DNA from: Peribolospora baueri
Lineage: Eukaryota
NCBI GenBank assembly: GCA_029717555.1
Contig: JAMDHS010000057.1
Location: 1-64,000, forward strand
Reading direction: 5' to 3'
DNA length: 64,000 nt
This document shows, piece by piece, positions 60,105 through 64,000 of this stretch; the first letter of the stretch is position 1, and each line of letters begins with the position of its first letter. The notes under the pieces were generated by a model that was not told the DNA's origin, ran no database searches, and was given only the letters and a program-made list of their open reading frames with translations. Made by a program: the position numbers and the translations under genes.

Positions 60105-61846
60105 TTAGAGCGGCGGAGGGCCGCTGAGGTTGACGTGGACGGCCTGCGTAGGAGAAAAGAAAGGGTGTCAGCCACATCGAAAAAGCCGCTCTCACGCCCC
60201 TCCACCGAACTTACCTTGACGTTGGTGTAGTTCTGCAGGGCATACTCGCCAAGCTCCCTGCCAAAGCCAGACTGCTTGTAGCCGCCAAACGGCACCTGGA
60301 AGTCGATCGCATTGTACGTGTTGACCCACACGGTGCCGGCGTGGAGACGGTGGGCAACGTCGAGAGCGCGGCTGATGTTCGTGGAGAAGACGCCGGCGGC
60401 GAGGCCGTAGACGGTGTCGTTGGCAATCTTGATGAGCTCGTCAATGTTCTCAAACTTTTGGACGACGACCACAGGGCCGAAGATCTCCTCCCTGGCGATC
60501 TTTGAGTCGTGCTTGACGTCGGTGAAGACGGTGGGCTCGATGAAGTAGCCGTCCTTGTCGTTGCCGGTGCCACCTCGCAAGAGCGTCGCGCCGCCGTCCT
60601 TCTTTCCAGACTCGATGTAGGACATGATGCGGTTGTACTGAACCTGGGAGATCTGAGGGCCTTGGAAGGTCGCGTTGTTGAAGGCGTCACCGACCTGGAT
60701 GTTCTTGCAGACCTCGGAGAACTTTTCGATAAACTTGTCGTAGATCGAGTTCTGGATGTAGAGGCGCGACCCGGCGCAGCAGATCTGGCCCGAGTTGTTG
60801 TAGATGCCAAAGGCGGCCCACCTGGCGGAGACTTCGAGGTCGGCATCGTCGAGAATGATGTTGGGCGACTTGCCTCCGAGCTCGAGGGTGACCTTCTTGA
60901 GGTTGGTCTGAGCGGCGACCTTCATGATCTGGCGGCCGACGAGGGTCGAGCCGGTGAACGCAACCTTGTCAATGTCCATGTGGGCAGAGATGGCGGCGCC
61001 GGCGTCGAGACCGTAGCCGGAGATGACGTTGAGCACACCGGGAGGGAAGCCGGCTTCGACGGAGAGCTCGGCGAGGCGGAGGGCAGAGAGGGGCGTCAGT
61101 TCGGACGTCTTGATGACGACGGTGTTGCCGGTGGCGAGAGCGGGGGCGACCTTCCAGGAGAACATCATGGCGGGGAAGTTCCAGGGGATGATCTGGCCGC
61201 ACACGCCGATGGGCTCGTGGCGGGTGTAGGCCAGCCTGGACTCGTCGACCTCGATGACCTTGCCCTGGCTAGAAGGGCCGAGGAGGAAGGAGAAGTTAGA
61301 GAAGAAAAGACGGTGAGGCGAACAAGGGGAGGGTGCTCACTTCTTGTCGGCCCAACCGCCGTAATACCTGAAGACGCCGGCGGTCTGGACGAGGTCATAG
61401 CCACGGCTAGCGGAGAAGCGCTTTCCGTTGTCCTGCGACTCGATGGCGGAGAGCTCGTCGATGTGTTCTTCGATCAGGTCGGCGAAACGGCAGAGGAGCT
61501 TGCCGCGGTCCGAGCCGCTGGTCTTGAGGCCCCAAACCTCGTTGTACGCCTTGCGAGCGGCGGCGACGGCGATGTCGACATCCTTGGCGGTCGCCTCGCA
61601 GACCTTGGCGATCTCCTTGCCGGTGGCGGGGTTGAGGACGGTGAGGAGCTTGCCTTCTGCGCCGTCGACGAACTTGTTGTTGATGAAGAGACTAGGGGGG
61701 GAGGGGTCACGTACGTCAGCGATCGGCGGCCGGCGTCCGGACCGAGAGATCGGCTAGTGCGACTCGGGCTGGGCTCACCCTCCGGAGAAGGAGCTGGTCT
61801 TGACGGGGGAGTTACCGCCAAAGGTGAGGTTTACGGTGGGTGGCAT
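60105..61846 (-). CDS. NAD-dependent aldehyde dehydrogenase (ALDH1/2-like)
   Basis: LFINNKFV, RYYGGWADK, EPIGVCGQIIPWNFP, FTGSTLVG, TLELGGKSP, GQICCAGSR, EEIFGPV, PFGGYKQSGFGRELG; TATAAAA at 61969-61963. Confidence 0.96.
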
Positions 61847-64000
61847 GGCGGAAGAGAGACAAGGAAGGAGCGGTTGGGGAAGAAAAAAAGATTGGGTGAA
61901 AGTGGGGGATTGGAGGGTGGATGTGGAGGAGAGAGGGAGAGGCGGGGCTGTCGAGGCCGGGGTTTTATATTTGAGCGGGAAGAAGACGGTTGGGTTGGGG
62001 TTTGTGCGGGGAAGGCCGGGGAAAGATGGAGAGTGGGTGAATGGCTGGAAGGAAGGAAGGAAAGGTGCTGGCAGCATCGACCAGCTTCTCCACCTCAATC
62101 CCCGTCTCCGTCTCCGTCTCCGTGGTGCCCCGCCCCCACGATGGAACGAAGGCGGGGGTGATGGCGACGTCGAGTCGAGTCGAGGGTCGTCGGAGTGCCG
62201 TGCCGTGCAGTGCAGCACATCGCTTGCTTGGCCACTCGCGTGCCTGCTCGTCTTTCCGACCCTCCCCTCTCCTCGTCTTGTCTCTTCCTCGCCTTGCCTT
62301 GCTTTGCCTCGCCTGGATAGGTGGCCCTCGACAACCGTCTCGGCCACGTCACGGCGGAGGCTGATCGCTGGCAGGAGGATCTCCCCTTCTCTTTGCGTCC
62401 TCGCCCCTGGCCAGCTAGCTTGCTGACCAGCGTCCGCCATACCCCCGCAGCAGCTGCGGCCTCCCCGCACGGAATGGGGGCGACGGACGACGCTGGCTGG
62501 TTGGTTGGCTTTTCATGCCACGCACGCGACCGGAGGAAGACGGCGGACGGAAGGAAGGAAATGCGGAGATATGGATGGATAGATGGATAGACGGATGGAT
62601 AGATGGGTGGAGCAGATAGCCGTACAGGAAGAAGAAGAAGAAGAAGCACGTCCGCATACCATACCGTACAGCACAGACAGACAGTACATACCCGGATGGG
62701 GTGCGTGGATAGACGACGTCCCGGTTGGCTGCCCTGCCCTCGCCGGTTGGCTGGCTGGGATTGTTTTCGGTCGGAGAGGAGAGATGGACACACACACATA
62801 CCCGATGGGCCGGATATAAGCCAGCGCCTGGTCGAGGCAGACAGCAGACAGCAGACAGCAGAGCAGACAAACGAGCGCCCTGGAGGACCAAGAGAGCGAA
62901 CGAGAAGAGGCGAGGCGAGGCGGATTCCCGCGTCCGAGTCGGGGAGAGCGATTCCTTGTCCTTGTCCTTGTCTTGTCCTTGTCCTCGTCCTCGCTCGTCC
63001 TTGTCGTCGCTGACGGCAGAAGAACAACCCCTCTCCGCGCCGTACATCGTTCGACCAAACCCCACCTGCTTGCACAACTGCGCCGCAGACTCACCCACGC
63101 GCTTCACTTCTCTCGCTCCACTACGTCACTACGGGACAGGTCGGGCGGGAGCTTAATAATAATAACTGGCCAGGCAGGCATCGTCGCCAAAGCCAGGGAG
63201 TAGGTCGTCGAGAGTCGGGACAGGTCGGAGCCCCGCATTCTTCTCCACGCACCCCACATCCCCTTCTCCTCGTCGAGCGAGCCTCGTCGGACGGCTGCCG
63301 GAAGCGGTCAGCGCTCACAAAACACCAAAGGAATGCCATCGCGTCTCATCGCCCTTCCTTCCATCCTTGGCCACAGTCCATGGCCGATCTACGCGCTTGT
63401 TCTTCCAACGCCAGCACCCTCCCATCCATCGAGCTCTGTCACAACACAACGCCTACCTGACACCGACCGGAACACCGGCGTTGGTCTCCCACGTGGTCCA
63501 CATCCATCGTCTTGCTCAGTCGCCGCCGCATCGACGTGAACTGTCGTCACGTCACCGCTCGTCTCGTTTCGTCTTGTCGCGTCGCAGAACAACTTGGTTG
63601 ATTGATTTATTCGGTTTAGGGTCCGTAAGTCAGGCTAATAGGGCCTAGAGGGGACACTAACGCGTACATCGTGGAAAAAGAAAGGAACTGCGGTAGTGCG
63701 GGCAGGTCGAAGCGGCGAGTGGGGGAAGGGAGGGGACAGTCAAGTAGGACGAGCACGATATGAGAAAAGCATAGCCCTGGTCGCAGGGGGTGGGTAAGGG
63801 AATCAAAGACTCATATAACTGTGCGGACACACAAAAGTGCCGGTGCAGGGGGTACTTCAGGGATGAGTGACGAGTTGGCAGACCGGTTCGGACAGCGGGT
63901 CAGTTTAGCCCCTATGGAGGATGGAGGGGTCGTTGGGGGGGGGGGAAGGGTCGTAGGAGGGTGGGCGGGGTTCGGGGGAGGCATCTGGACCGCCGGGGCA

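Noticed and set aside
60080..60215. Cryptic peroxisomal isoforms by read-through or intron retention (ALDH, SDR, MetE-like, TPP2)
   Set aside because: No TGA-CTA context or SKL-like ending seen in the extensions examined.
60509..62161. 550-aa plus-strand ORF (also 5830-6792 and 7288-8013 minus, 23521-24066 plus)
   Set aside because: Antisense shadows of GC3-biased real genes (ALDH, PMA1, MetE-like).
63640..64000. Pro-rich minus-strand frame at window edge
   Set aside because: Truncated, low complexity; cannot be supported as a gene.

Overview
GC-rich, intron-dense fungal genomic DNA, most likely a basidiomycete (short GT-AG introns, CTRAC branch points, many microsatellites and micro-exons). 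Because most genes are spliced, the ORF track fragments or misses them; models here were assembled by hand from splice signals and family motifs, and coordinates of internal exons are not all listed. About 23 protein-coding genes: a hidden myristoylation-motif microprotein, PMA1, a small secreted protein, an SDR, GNA1, ATG14-like, a J-protein, a Pmp3/Sna proteolipid, a single-barrel MetE-like enzyme, a GH28 PgxC-like enzyme, TPP2, a GH25 muramidase, RRS1, an orphan S/P-rich protein, a TMEM234-like protein, an RPA14-like protein, UTP7, RRP36, NDUFB2, EMI1-like, TOP3 and an ALDH. Also a decayed SSADH pseudogene, a 1.09-kb foldback element with 277-bp inverted arms, a candidate H/ACA snoRNA (snR32-like, LSU rRNA guide) inside a ribosome-biogenesis gene neighbourhood, and a 50.4-53.9 kb island of degenerate unassignable ORFs around a GCAATATTCCA repeat array. 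No tRNA, rRNA or CRISPR seen. All homology calls are from recalled family motifs, not database searches.
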